A DNA stretch of 64,000 bases, from NCBI GenBank assembly GCA_043228905.1, contig JBHGNT010000022.1, positions 310,001 to 374,000 of the forward strand, in the 5' to 3' direction. How positions within the stretch are numbered: position 1 is the stretch's first letter; the number at the start of each line of letters is the position of its first letter. The position numbers and the translations under genes were made by a program. Under the pieces are notes generated by a model. It was given only the letters and a program-made list of their open reading frames with translations. It made no database searches and was not told the origin of the DNA. Positions 12,437 to 26,338 of this stretch are shown here, piece after piece. The stretch is from Azolla caroliniana. Lineage: Eukaryota > Plantae > Polypodiophyta.

Positions 12437-15400
12437 TGTTGAGAGACAAGCTCAACATCGGCCGGATTGGTTGAGCAAGCGCAAGCCGAGGACCGGATCG
12501 GTTGGAAATCGGTACGCAGACCGGTGCGTAGGAAGGCCGGATCGGTGCGGAAATCAGGAGGCCATCGGAAAGATATTCCGCAAGGAATATATTTGGGAGT
12601 TAGTGTAGGGGCTCCTCAATGAGCATTGAAGTATTGTCAATACTTCTGTCAGTCCGAAAAGGACTTGTATAAAAGTGTTCATTGAACACACACGATGTAT
12701 AGATCGAGTATTATTTTTGAATTAAGTTCTTGTGTTTACTCTCTCTGTCTCTCCCATGCGTACTATGCAAACCTAAGCTTTCCATTAAACCTGATTTTCT
12801 GTTGTTGAGTTTCCTATATTGCTTCCACACGCCATTCTTTTCATGGTATCAGAGCGCGAGGGTTGAGAACCTCTGCAGTCAACTTTGCTTGAAGGAAAAA
12901 CCAATGAAGAAGAACAAGAAACTGATCGACAAAGGAATGGCTAGCTCGCTTCCGACGGAGAAGCTCGATAGAACCAACTATGCATCTTGGTCCTACAAGA
13001 TGCACCAATACCTGCTCGGACACGGTTACTAGAGCTATGTCGATTCGACACACAAAAACTTCCCATCGTGGGAACAATCGGTGAGCAAAGTGTTGTACTG
13101 TTTTGCGTCTTGTGTGGGCGAATAGCTATTAAGCTACATTCGGGATGCAAAAACGCCGAAGGGTGCGTGGGAAAATCTGAAGAAGATCTTTGCCGCGAGC
13201 ACCACAGCCAAGAAGCTTCAGCTCCGACAGGAGTTGAGCAACCTACGACAACGCGATTTGTCGGTGGCTGACTATACCTCGAAGATCAAGGACATATGCG
13301 ACTCCTTAGCTTCCATCGATGTGAACATCGAGGAAAGCGAGATGGTCCAGGTCTGTCTCGGGGTTTTGGCGACAAAGTTCGGAGTGTTCCGAATTGCTGT
13401 GTGTACACGGGAGAATACGTCGTCGTTTTTCGACTTACAGTTGATGCTCCTTATAAAGGAGAACCACGCGGGTGCGTCGACAAGAATGCATGTCGATAAA
13501 AAGATGTTCTACACGGAGGAAGAGAGGCCCCGTGGTCGTGGTGGATGAGGCGAGTCGGTACGCAATGGAGGTGGCCGACGGGATCAAGGAAGAAGGCACC
13601 GAAGTGATGCCAACTGCAATTCCGGACCCTTCGAAAACAGGGGGAGTCGAGGCAATGAGAACCGTCAAGGGAAATCCGCCGCGGAATGCTGGTATTGTGG
13701 CAAGAAAGGCCACAGGGAGAGTGAGTAATGGAAAAAGTGCGCCGATTCAGAGAGAACCGTGTCCGAAACAGGTTATTGACAGACCGACAAAGGAAATCGG
13801 CAACGATTGCACTATGCCAAAGGATCCGGAGAAGCCAGAAAAGGGTCAGTCTTCGTGACGAGACACGAATCAAACTCAATGAAGAAGATCACCCCAAAGT
13901 TGGAGGACGTGTGGTACGTCGACTCCGGCGCGTCAAACCACATGACGTGCCACGAGGAGTGGTTCTCATACCTTGAGAAACCGACGCAACCAGGAGTAGT
14001 CACAACTGGAGACGACACTCCACATTCGATCGAGAATGTCGGTGAAATTCCCCTGAGCCATGTCGTGCAGAAAAGGAAACTCATGAACGTGTTACACGTC
14101 CCGACAATCACAAAGAACTTGGTGTCGGTCGGGCAAATCGTCGACCAGGGGATGCAGGTTCAGTTTACGCATCTCGGGTGCTTCATCGAGGAAGAAGGCC
14201 GAGTTATTGTGCAAGGGCGTAGAGACGGGAGGATGTTTATCCTCGACTCTAGTGACAGTGGCACCGCAATGTTCGCGAAAGGACAAAAAGTCGAGTCAGA
14301 CATCGACTTATGGAACAAGCGGATAGGCCATGTCAACTATCAACGGCTTCAAGACCTGCAATCGAAATAGGTGGTGTTCGGATTGCCCAAATTTAGTGGC
14401 CGGAAGGCACAAATTTGTGAAGCCTGCTAGCTTGGGAAAAAACACCGACTTCCCTTCCCCAACGAGCGTGACCGGAGCCGGAACAAGCTCGACCCGATAC
14501 ACTCTGATGTGTGGGGGCCGGCACAAAACGTTAGTCTTGGCGGGAGCCGATATTTCTTCTCCTTCATCGACGACTACATGCGGCACACGTGGATCTACCT
14601 CATTGAGAGGAAGAGCGAAGTCTTCAACTGTTTCCAGGACCTCAAAGGGTTCGTGGAAACAGAAACAGGAAGGAAGATCAAGTGCCTGCGGTTGGATGGC
14701 GGAAAAGAATACTTTTCCAGTCAATTCAACAGTTATCTACAACAAATGGGAATTCGGCACGAATTCAGTTGTAGATACACGCTGGAGGAAAACGGTGTGG
14801 CCGAGAGGAAAATTCGGTCGGTTGTGGAAGCGGTGGGGGCAATGCTGGAAGAAAAGAGCTTGCCCAAGTTCTATTGGGCCGAGGCGGTACGAACTGCGGT
14901 ATACATCCAAAACTGGATCGGAGACAAAGTGTCGGCGCATGAGCTATATTTCGGAACGAAGCCGAACTTGCGACACTTACGAGTTTTCAGTAGCATTGCG
15001 TATGTGCATGTGCCGAAGGAGAAACGGAGGAAGCTGGACGCAAAGGCCGAGAAATGTATCTTGGTCGGTTACTCAGACAAGTAGAAGGGTTATAAGTGTT
15101 ATAACCCGCGCACCAAAAACCCGCTCGTGAGCCACGATGTTGTGTTTGACGAGTCCGCGTACTGGTACTTGCCTCCGACTCCGGACCTCACCTCAAATCC
15201 GAGTTCTGACGATGAGGTCAGCGAGGCCGAGATGCCTCCGGATGAGCCTGAAATCGGGACCCGGGAAGAGAGTCTGATTTCGTTTCGGTTAAGTGGACCA
15301 AATGAATGACTGAGTCGGTTCGATCAGTCCGATGAAGAGCCGATGAGCAGTGGAGACTTGGTCGTGCATTCCCCGTGCAGGAAGCCGAGGAGATGGCTTA

Positions 15401-18026
15401 CGTGCCAGGAAAAAGGGAAGAAGAAGGTGTCGGATTACGGCATGGGTAGGAACGAGTCAGACCGACGCGAGTCCGACTCCGAGGGCAGCGGTGACGGGTC
15501 TTCAAGAGCGAAGTCCGCGTCAGTCGAGAAGACCTCGACATCGGCTAATGACTGATTACGCTGATCTACCTGCCAGAAGAACCCAGTTGTGCGGTTCGAA
15601 TACAACGAGTACATGGCGTATCATTATATGTACATGACCCGTGTAGCGGAAGTGTGTGAGCCGGAGAGCTACGCAGAAGCGGCTAAGGACGCGAATTGGC
15701 GCGCCGCGATGGAGGAAGAGATGCACGCATTGGTGGAAAACGAGACTTGGGAAATGATTGACGCAACGAAGGGTGTGAAGACGATCGTATTTCGGTGGGT
15801 GTACAAGGTCAAGTACAACACCGACGGCTCGGTCAACCGATACAAGGCCCGGTTAGTGGCAAAAGGCTACGCGCAGAAACACGGCATCGATTACGATGAG
15901 ACGTTTGCACCGGTCGCGACGATGACGATCGTCCGTGTTTTGCTCGCGGTAGCTGCGGCAAAGGGGTGGCACTTACATCAGATGGAAGTAAAGAATGTGT
16001 TCCTGCAAGGTGAGCTTGAGGAATAGGTGTACATGGTACAACCCCCCGGATTTCACTCCGAAACGAACACGTCGGTAGTGTGCCGATTGAAGAAGTCCCT
16101 TTACGGATTGAAGCAAGCCCCGCGTGCCTGGAACGCGAAGATCACGCAACAACTGCGTCGGATGGGCTTTGCAACGTCAAAATTGGACTCTTCCTTGTTC
16201 ATCCGGAAAGGTCGACTCAGTCCAGTCAGCATTTTACTATATGTTGATGACTTGGTCATCACCGGCACCGACCTAGGTGAAATCGACCGCGTGAAGCTCC
16301 AGCTTGCGGCATCATTCGACATGAAGGATCTGGGGGACCTTCATTACTTCCTCGGGATCGAAGTGATCCACACCCCCGAAGGCATACTGATCAGCCAACG
16401 TCATTACGCGCTGAATATGCTCTTCAAATTCGGGATGGCAGACTTTAAGTCCGTTTCGAGTCATCTGGATAGAACCGTCAAACTTCGCCCCAATTCCGGA
16501 AAGGTATGCAACCCGACGAGGTTCCGACAAATTGTCGGAAGCCTTATGTACTTGACAATCACCCGACCCGATCTCAGTTATCTAGTCAGTGTGATCAGTC
16601 AATTCATGGTGTGACCTACCGAGGAGCACCTTCAGTGTGCGCAACGCGTACTGCGGTATGTAAGCGGCACTAAGGACCGGGGACTGCTATATCGGACCGG
16701 TACAACCTCGCAATTGGTCGGCTACACCGATGGTGAGTGAGCTGGCAACGCCGCCGATCGCCGATCCACGTCCGGATACGTGTTCTCTCTTGGGAGTGCT
16801 GCAATAGCGTGGAGCAGTAAGAAGCAATCGATCGTTGCACTGTCAAGCACCGAAGCTGAGTATAGAGAAGCGGTTGTCGCGACATGCGAAGCCATATGGT
16901 TGAAGTGGCTACTTAAGGATCTGCAGGTGGAGGTGTCCGATCCAACGACTATCTATTGCGACAACCTCAGCAGCATCTAGTTCACCAAGAACCCCGTTTT
17001 CCACGCCCGGACGAAGCACATTGAGGTGCACTACCATTTCGTCCGTGAGCGTGTTCTCTCCGGTGAAGTCGAACTTTAGTATGTTCCGACGGATCGGCAG
17101 TTCGCCAACATCTTCACCAAGCCTCTTGGACTGGACAAGTTGCGACGCCGAGTCGGATGACGAATTCAATTTCGGATCGGCTGATGAAGCCAAGGGCGGA
17201 CCCGCGGATGATTCCGGAAGTGGACATAAGGGGAGCAGCCGAAAAGAAGAGCCGAAGTCAACCAAGCATGGGGGAGATGAGGCCGTCAAGGGCAAGAAGA
17301 CCGAAGACGAGTTGGAGACAGCCAACTCGGACGAGAGCGAAAACCAATCGGAGGTAGCTGAGTCGGTTCGGATGTTTGATTCGGATACACTGAATCAACC
17401 GAGGACCAAGTAGAAAAGAAGGCAGTAGGAGAAGCGCCAACACCGTGATAGCGAGGGAGATGTTAAGGGTCGTGGGAGCAGACATGCCGACCGAAAGGGT
17501 CGAAGCTCGTGGAGTCGAGCAGGTCGAGGAGCGTGAGTGAGGCGTGGAGCCAAGAGGAACTAGAGCGGTGATCCGGAAGATCCCAGAGAGCCTCAATTTG
17601 AGCTTGAGGGTGAGTGTTGAGAGACAAGCTCAACATCGGCCGGATCGGCTGACCAAGCCGAGGACCGGATCAGTTGGGACCGATCGGTTGGAAATCGGTA
17701 CGCAGACCGGTGCGTAGGAAGGCCGGATCGGTGCGGAAACTGGGAGGCCATTGGAAAGACATTCCACAAGGACTATATTTGGGAGTTAGTGTAGGGGCTC
17801 CTCAATGAGCATTAAAGTACTGTCAGTACTTCTGTCAGTCCAAAAAGGACTTGTATAAAAGTGTTCATTGAACATACACGATGTACAAATCGAGTATTAT
17901 TTCTGAATTAAGTTCTTGTGTTTACTCTCTCTCTGTCTCTCCCGTGCATACTATGCAAACCTAAGCTTTCCATTAAACCTGCGTTTTCTGTTGTTCGTTT
18001 TCCTATATTGCTTCCACACGCCATTC
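12437..18026 (+). mobile_element. Full-length decayed Ty1/Copia element B (Bryco-like)
   Basis: LTRs 12437-12843 and 17615-~18026; PBS tggtatcagagc 12844; gag MASSLPTEKLDR from 12937; [41 protein letters not shown]; many TAG/TGA stops. Confidence 0.95.
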
Positions 18027-18201
18027 ATTCAAATCATGATGTTGCTCACCCACAAGATAGGATTCAGGATTATGATTTTCATGCACAACCAATTATTATT
18101 CTCCTTAACAACTCATTAGAATATCTACTCGCGTCTCCAAACCTTGTAATAAGTTTATGGATATTTCTAATGCTAACAAATGTTGGTGAACCTTTGGGTT
18201 A
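18025..18201 (+). repeat. Right copy of the 177-bp direct repeat
   Basis: Matches 12260-12436 and overlaps the last bases of the 3' LTR. Confidence 0.92.
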
Positions 18202-18551
18202 TAATGAAGTTATATTAGCTAGTGATCAAGCTAAGTGGGAACAATTATGTAGAGTGAATTGGTCAACATTCCTAAGAATAGTACTTTGTCGTGATGTGAC
18301 ATATCCGAAGGTAAAAAATAGGGAAAAGGGAAAAAGGAGATAACATCCAAAAATATAAATATGCATATTTTAAAATAGTTATATAATAGTAAAAGGTAAA
18401 TAGTTAAGTGGTTAGGGTAATTCACTTTGTACAAAGGGGTGCAAAGTTTGACTATTTGCTATTGCACATAAGGGAACTATTACCTTTTGCATTCCCGATG
18501 CAAATGGGTGTAGGTATTTAGTGTAAATGAAGTGTCCCTCGAGTTCTATAA

Positions 18552-18640
18552 GGGTGAAATCATGGGAATGGAAACACTATTATAGCTAAAATGTAGCTAA
18601 AATGGCTATAGCTAATTAGCCATTGTTATTGTTTTGCACT
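18552..18640 (+). mobile_element. Orphan terminus of the Sola2-like family
   Basis: GGGTGAAATCATGGGAATGGAAACACTATTATAGCT plus AGCTAATTAGC, matching the ends of 23637-33603. Confidence 0.7.
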
Positions 18641-19054
18641 AACATTCTAACAAATAGAGCATTGTGATCACGAATGGAGACGAAATCTTATATTAACATA
18701 CTATCATACAACCACCAACACACAACCAATTCTCGAGCTTCATCTAGGTACGTATCAAGTAAAAAATATAAACATATATATGCATATATATCAGTTTCTT
18801 ATTTTATTTTTGGACTCTCTTATAACAGTTTTTATATACTTATGGTTTAGGGCAAAGTCATTGGAGTCGTAGACAAGGATGTCTTGAAAATCTTAGCCTA
18901 ACAAGTGAGTTTTCATCAATTTCTCCAAATTATGTAAATAGGATTTATTTTTATTACAATAAGATTGTGGAAATTTCATATTAGGGCTGATTTTGGAAGC
19001 AATAATTGTTTTATTCTAATCAAATTCTAGAATTGATTTTGGAGGCAATAATCA

Positions 19055-20920
19055 GGAAGCCTGGTCATTTCCAAAAGAATTGTTGACACCTTAGGAAGGA
19101 CAAAGGCATGGCTGATGAGGTCGAACCCATAAATATTTCTAATGATAAAATGCTTCTATTGTGGGAAGCCTGGTCATTTCCAAAAGAATTGTTGACACCT
19201 TAGGAAGGACAAAGGCATGGCTGATGAGGTCGAACCCATAAATATTTCTAATGATAAAAACACCTTAGTCATTGCAACTAGTCAAGAAGAGATGTTATTT
19301 ATTTGTGAACAAGCTAGTGTGAACCTTGCAAATGTTGAGTGCTCTTGGGTAGTTGATTCCGGTGCATTATTCCACCTAACTCCCAAAAGAGAATGTTTCT
19401 CATCTTACACAACCGGTGACTATGGCTATGTAAGGATGGGAAATGTCAGTGAATGCAAGATTGTGGGCATAGAAAATGTGTGCTTGTTAACATCTACTGG
19501 CTGCAGGTTAATGTTGAAGGATGTACGCCATGTTTCAGATGTCAGATTGAATTTGATATCAGTTGACGGTTGGACGATGAAGGCTACAACGATGGTTTTC
19601 ATATCAAGCTCAAAAGCAGAACACATTGTATGTAATGCATGCAAAATTGTGCTGAGATGAAGCAAATGTGGTGGCCGACTCAGATGGTGAATTGTGGCAT
19701 AAAAGGCTTGAACACATGATTGAAAGGGGAATGTATATCCTTGCTAAAAAGAATCTCCTACCAGAAGTGGAAGGAATACACCTTGAAAAATGTGTGGACT
19801 GCTTGGTTGGAAAGTAGAACAGAGATGCCTTTCACTCTAGCCCTACAATGAGAAGAGAACATGCCCTAGAACTGGTCCACATAGATGTGTGTTATGTGGA
19901 TGCCCCATCACATCATGGTATTTCATTCCATTTATTGATGACTTTAGTAGAAAGGTGTGGGTTTTCATGTTTGTGTCTAAAGAACAAGTGTTGTCGGTCT
20001 TTAAAGAGTTTCATGCAAGGGCAGAAAGAGAATCTGGACTGAAGTTAAAAGTTGTCCGAACAAACAACGATGGTGAGTACTAAGGCCAATTTGAGTTGTA
20101 TTGTAAGACTTAACGCATCAAACTTGAGTATACGGTGTTGAAGACACTTGAGTTGAATGGTCTAGAAAAGAGAATGAATCAGACCATAATGGAAAGGGTA
20201 AGAAGCATGTTATTGCATGCAAAATTGCCGAAGTCATATTGAGCTGAGGCAATGTTGATCGTTGTCTACCTTATAAACAGGTCTCCCTCAGTTCTTCTGA
20301 AGGGTGATGTTCCATAGAGGGAGTGGACAAGAATAAGTGTGTCTTACCAGCATTTAAGGGTTTTCGGATGCTTAGCTTATATGCATGTTGCTAAAGATCA
20401 GAGGTCAAAGTTTAACAGCAAGTCCAAGTGTTGCATATCCTTGGGGTACTCGAAAGATGAGTTCGGGTACCGGTTGTAGGATCTTTTTGATAGGAAGGTG
20501 GTAAGGAGCTGTGATATTTTATTCATGGAAGAAAAGACGATTGAAGACTAGAGATAACAAAAACCAATGTCGTCTTCCCAGCTGGCTACTGTTATGGAGT
20601 CGGCACTAGTCGATCCCCCCTCCACACAACCAGCCGGTAGACAACCACCTATTGATGAATCCGAATCTAAGTTGCCCGACACACAACAACATGCTGATGC
20701 ACATGAATCTGAGCTGGTTGCTAAAGGAAGGCCTCCTCTTGGTATCCAGGCAGTCAATATATCCTCTTGACTGATGAAGGGGAATCAGAATGCTATGAAG
20801 AAGCCATGACTAATGTACACAAGGAGAAGTGGTATAGTGTCATGCAAGAGAAAATAGATTCCTTGCATGAGAACCACACCAATGAACTAATGGAGCTTCC
20901 TGATGGAAAGAAGGCACTTT
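19055..20920 (+). pseudogene. Decayed Copia internal fragment (Zn knuckle, protease, integrase, RT start), related to the 40-51 kb family
   Basis: CFYCGKPGHF, WVVDSGA, ELWHKRL, FIDDFSRK, LLTDEGE; ~96-bp duplication 19055-19150/19164-19260; no LTRs seen. Confidence 0.85.
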
Positions 20921-21019
20921 CAGAACCAAGAATAAAAGATAGAGTGATGGAAGAAGGATATATGGGAACACGAGAAGAAAGGAATGAAATGCTAAGAGAA
21001 GAATGCGTGTATTAAGATA

Positions 21020-22528
21020 TGTTGAGATACAAGCTCAACGTTGGCCGGATCCGCTGTACAAGCCGAGAACTAGTTCGGTTCGGATCGATCGGCTAGGCCG
21101 GACCGGTGCGAAAACCGGATGTGTAAACCGGTACGTAGACCAGTACGCAACGAGAAGCCGTAGCGGTACATAAACGGCAAGGCTGTTGGGAAGATATTCC
21201 GCGTAGGGATATATTTTGGGAGTTAGTGTAGAGCTCACTTATGAGCATTGAAGTACGTGTTAGTAGTTTTGTCAGTCCGTATGGACTTGTATAAAAGTGC
21301 TCACTGAGCACATTCTATGTACAGATTGAGTATTATTTTGAATCAAGTTTCTCTGTGTATTCTCTCTGTCTCTCCCGTCTACTGTGCATATACAAGCTCT
21401 CCATTAAACCTGCATATTTTCGGTGTTCAGTTTTCTACTTCCTTCTGCACACTATTCCTTTTTACATGGTATCAGAGCGTGAGGCTTGAGAACCTCTGCA
21501 GCCGACATAGCTTGAAAAGAAAAACCAACCAAGAAGAACAGGTAAAACCGATGGATAGAGGCATGGCTAGCTCGCTTCCGACAGAGAAGCTCAATAGAAA
21601 CAACTACACATATTGGTCCTATAGGATGCACTAGTACCTGCTCAAGCACAATTACTGGAGCTATGTCGACGGAGCAAATGACACAACACCCGAGTCGACA
21701 CACAGAGATTTCCCGGCGTGGGAACAGTCGGCGAGCAGAGTACTGTACTGCTTCACGTCTTGTGTGGGCGAACAGCTCCTAAGATACATTCGGGATGTGA
21801 AAACGCCGTAAGATGCTTGGGGAATTCTGAAGAAGATTTTCGCTGCAAGCACTACAACCAGGAAGCTTCAATTCCGATAGGAGCTGAGCAACCTACAACA
21901 ACGCGACTTGTCGGTGGCTGATTGCACCTCCAAGGTCTAACATATATGTAACTCTTTAGCCTCCATCGATGTGAACATCAAGGAAGGCGAGATGGTGCAG
22001 ATCTATGTCGAGGGACTAGCATCAAAGTTCGAAGCATTCCAAACTGTTGTGTGTACACGATAGAATACGCCGTCGTTTTTCGACTTACAGTCGATGTTCC
22101 TTATAGAGGAGAACCACGCGGGTGCGTTGACAAGCACACAGGCGGACAACAAGATGTTGTACACGGAGGGAGATAGGCCCTGTGGTCGTGGCGGACGAGG
22201 CGAGTCGGTGCGCAATGGAGGCGGCCGACGGGACCAAGGAAGAAGGCACCGAAGTGATGCCGACAGCAACTCCAGACCCTCCGGAAACAGGGGGAGTCGA
22301 GGCGATGAGAACCGGCAAGGGAAATCCGCCACGGAATGCTAGTATTGTGGCAAGAAAGGCCACATGGAGAGTGAGTGTTGGAGAAAGCGCGCCGATTCGG
22401 AGAAAACCGGGTCCGGATCAGGTTCTGGACAGATCGACAAGGGTAATTAGCAGCGATCACACTACGCCGAAGGATCCAGAAAAGGGTCATCCTTCATGAT
22501 GAGACATGAAGCGAACTCGATGAAGAAA
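21020..22528 (+). mobile_element. Truncated Copia C (5' LTR 21020-21466, PBS, gag)
   Basis: LTR homologous to Copia B; PBS 21467; gag MASSLPTEKLNR; breaks just before the protease. Confidence 0.9.
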
Positions 22529-23246
22529 TATTCCAAGCCGTCTTACATCTCCCCCACCTCCAATCGAAGTTTCAGATGGCTCCGAATATGAAGTTGCTGC
22601 CATTCTCGACTCCAAGATCGTTCGCAACAAACTGTATTATTTGGTTGACTGGTTAGGTTATACACCTAATGATCGAACATGGGAACCTCTTGAGAATCTT
22701 GCTAATGCCTTCGAAATGGTTACTGTATTTCACAACAAATATCCTCATAAGCCAAGTCTGAAATCTTGTCTTCCGACTCGTGGAACTCGTCGTCGAAAAG
22801 GGGGGATAATGTCATGACGACATACATTTTGGCCTTACAAAGATTCGAGCCCAAGAAGTCTTGGTCTATATGTTAGACCTTTAACAATTATACTAACATA
22901 TATGATGTATAGTTATAATAAATGTATTATTAGTTATTACAAGACATTTAGAGTATTCTAGAACATTCTAGGATATTCCATGATTATATTAAATATCATA
23001 AATATCTAAAATATTCTAGACCATTCTAGAATACTCCATAAGGACCTATAAATAGGTGTCTATTCATTCATCACAACTCATTCAGTTCAACACCAGTTTG
23101 TAGCCCCTTAGCCTACTCTTTGTAATCCTTGCTCTCTCTTATAATATAAACTCTCTTTCCATTTCTAGTGTTCTTTCTCTCTCTCTCTTTCCCTCTACCT
23201 TCTACTATCATCTTATTTTTCTCTGTCCTATTCTCAAGTCACGACA
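22529..23246 (+). mobile_element. 3' end of a chromovirus (Tcn1-like Gypsy): chromodomain, PPT, 3' LTR 22810-23246
   Basis: PPPPIEVSDGSEYEVAAILDSKIVRNKLYYLVDWLGYTPNDRTWEP chromodomain; PPT aaaagggggga; LTR TGTCATGAC..GTCACGACA. Confidence 0.9.
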
Positions 23247-23849
23247 GCTAGCGCTACAATTTGTGTCGTGTTTTGGGTCAACCTCGACTATTTACCCTCT
23301 CATGATAGAAGAAGTCGAGTTGACCGCTTCACTTGCACTCCTTTGCCTGTTGTTGTTGCAGTTCCCGGTGAGGACCACAGATGGTCGCTCACGCCCGGTT
23401 GTGTTCCAGTTCTCAGTGAGGAATGCATGGTCTCTTGTGAAAGTTAATGTGCAAAAGCTTAGACAAACCACCTCAGCCGAATAGCAATAGAAAATAGAAC
23501 TAAGGTTTAATGGAAAGCTTAAATTACACACACAGAGTACGTAGGAGAGACAGAGAGAGTGGAACAACATAAACTCAAATTACAAAATATTACTCTATAT
23601 GTACATATAGTGTGCTCAACATGCACTTTTATACAAGGGTGAAAGCATACGAGTGGAAACATCTAGCTATGTCCTTGACATAGCTAATTAGCTATGCAAA
23701 AAGCTACTAGTGATAAATAGCCATTTTTGCACCATGAATGAAAACATTAGAATGTTTTAATTATATAAATGAGCACCATAAATTATATACCGAATTCCTA
23801 GGTCCATTATGCACGATCCATTGCCACATCACATTGGCCATCACTTTGT

Positions 23850-24200
23850 GGCTATTCAGGCTTAGATTACTGCCACTGTTCCTAAACCTTGTTGAGTCCA
23901 CTCCGACATTGCCACCATTCTACATTTAGTTCCCTCCATTGTGCGGTCCAAGCATCATCTGCCACTATTCGATCTGACGGAGTTCACTCCTCCATTGCCG
24001 CCATTCTACACTTAGTTGTCACCATTGTTCGGATCAAGCATCATCTACCACTATTCGTTCCTGTTCAGTTCACTCCATTGCCACTATTCTATACTCAGTT
24101 CCCGCTACTGTTCGGTCGTGGTTTGCTGCCACTCTCTAATCCAACAGAGTTCACTCCTCCATTGTTGCCATTCTACACTTTGTTGATACCACTGTTTGGT
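23850..24200. repeat. Degenerate tandem repeats in the 5' subterminal region
   Basis: Recurrent gagttcactcctccattgYYgccattctacactt motifs near 23895, 23980, 24147. Confidence 0.55.
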
Positions 24201-24449
24201 ACTCGATTGCAAAAATTGTTCTATCTGTTGATTATCTTCTGTATTGTTGTGTATAATCTTGTGTATTGCGGAATAATTTTGTGTATTTTTGTTGCCCATA
24301 CTCATCTTAGCTTGTTCCCGACAGTGGTTCAGTAGCTTTCACTTCGCTCCAACAAACATAAACTTACCATTGGTGGGATCACCCCTGTGAATAATTGGTT
24401 TGCATGTGGTTTAGTAACTAGCTACGTGTCTTTTTTTGTGGAAATTTAC

Positions 24450-26190
24450 TAATGAATATGTCAAGCCAAATGGAAGGGGAAGGAGGGTGTTTACCAATAC
24501 CCCTCCTGGATCATCAGGATAGAGATGACGCTATCAAGACATAACAAGCGATACGAAAGTATTGGGCAGAGAAAAAAAGGAGACATCTGCAATTGTTGAA
24601 TGATACGAAAGTCACATTCACTAAAGGTAAGGATAGGATTGGTTGCGATATAGGTATGAATACCACTGAGAATGGAAGTAAGGAGACTACTACCATAGAG
24701 AGAAAGGTTGTAGACTATTTCAATGTTCAGACCAAGCACATCAGCCTTGAAGACAAGAAGGTAGTACTTTATGGAATATTAAATGATCCATCAATAAAGG
24801 AGTTAGTTGATTTTGATGGTCTAATGCAAACATAACATCTGTACTAGTAAATAATCTCTGTAATAGTTTCGTATCCATGAGCAGGTTCGAAGATTATCTT
24901 GTCTTATAAAGGTCTAGTCTAATGACGTTGACGATCTTAACATCAGTGTGCTATCTAAGGTAATTGGTGTTAGTAGAAAAACTGTGTACAATACAATGAA
25001 CCGGATAATTTGAAGTGGTGAAGGAACCAGTTTGCTAAAGCTAACAACCAGATGTAAGCCAACGACACACATAACATCAGAAATCAAGGATATAATAACC
25101 ATAGGGTTTCGCCCAATAAGAAGGATTTATGCAGGAAACGTGTTGGAAGGAGTCAATACAAGGAGCATCCCATTCATCTTCTTGATGTACCTCAAGTATT
25201 TACATTTATCTCAACTTTTATTTTTATTTTTAAACTTAGTTAGTTAGCTAATTAGCTACCTCAGAATATGATCATAGCTAACTAGCTATTGGTAATAGTT
25301 AAATAACGATTAACAATAGCTAACTTAGCTATTATCAGCTAATTAGCTACTACAATAGCTAATTAGCTACTCTAAATAGCTAATTAACTACTCGCAATAG
25401 CTAATTAGCTACTCACAATAGCTATTTAGCTATGTCAAGAGCTAATTAGCTATTAAGGTAACTAATTAGCAACTGCCAATAACTTATTAGCTACTCTTAA
25501 TAGCGAACTAGTTGTTGTGAGCTACTGTCAATAGCTAATTAGCTACTCGCAACAGCTAGTTAGTTATGTCAAGAGTTAATTAGCTACTCGCAATAGCTAG
25601 TTAGCTATGTCAAGAGCTAATTAGCTACCTTAATAGTTATGTCAATAGCTAATTAGCTACTCGCAACAACTAGTTAGCTATGCCAAGAGCTAATTAGCTA
25701 TTGTCAATAGCAACTTAGCTACTATGAGAGTGTGATCATAGCTAATCAGCTACCACACTATATCTAACAAGCTACATTAGGGCACATTTTTGCGACTCAA
25801 TGCACTCCCTTTTTATTATGCAAGTTGATTTATTTATTAGGTTTAGGCGAATGCATCCAACTATCAAAGTTCAACTACGAACATTCGAGTCTCTTAAGCC
25901 AAACTTTATGAGACGCTTAAAGGATCAATACACATGTTGTTGCATTTACCATGTACAAATGGATTTTCTCAAGGACTCTATTAATCTACTACGTCACCAT
26001 AGCTCCTCCCTAGAGGATGCAGTCTCCACTTGTGAGTGCCCAATTTATCGATGTAGCTTGCAAGAGCATTGTAAATCATCAGAGCATGTTATCTCTTCCA
26101 TGAATGATCGTTTAGATTCAGTATTGTGTCCGAGAGAATCTAAGGCTATCTTCCACAGTCATAAATGTGTCATGGGTTTTTATTGCTCAC
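24450..26190 (+). pseudogene. Transposase N-terminal remnant (Sola2-like), probably spliced
   Basis: HTH-like SVLSKVIGVSRKTVYN near 24945-24995; FRRMHPTIKVQLRTFESLKP..TCCCIYH..VLCP..KCVMG in 25800-26219; no DDE core visible. Confidence 0.6.
25240..25770. repeat. Array of the palindrome AGCTAATTAGCT
   Basis: Dozens of copies spaced ~20 bp; further arrays at 26220-26338 and 30208-30730. Confidence 0.9.
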
Positions 26191-26338
26191 ATATTCGAGA
26201 TATCAAACGTGAATTATAGGTTGGCAGTAGCTAATTAGCTGCTAGACTATATGTTGGCAGTAGCTAATTAGCTTCATCATAACTAGTTAGCAATTCTACT
26301 TAAATATGGTAGTAGGTAATTAGGTAAATTGTAGCTAA

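Noticed and set aside
22490-22810. Novel Gag-chromodomain fusion protein
   Set aside because: The junction is out of frame and gag has several upstream stops.
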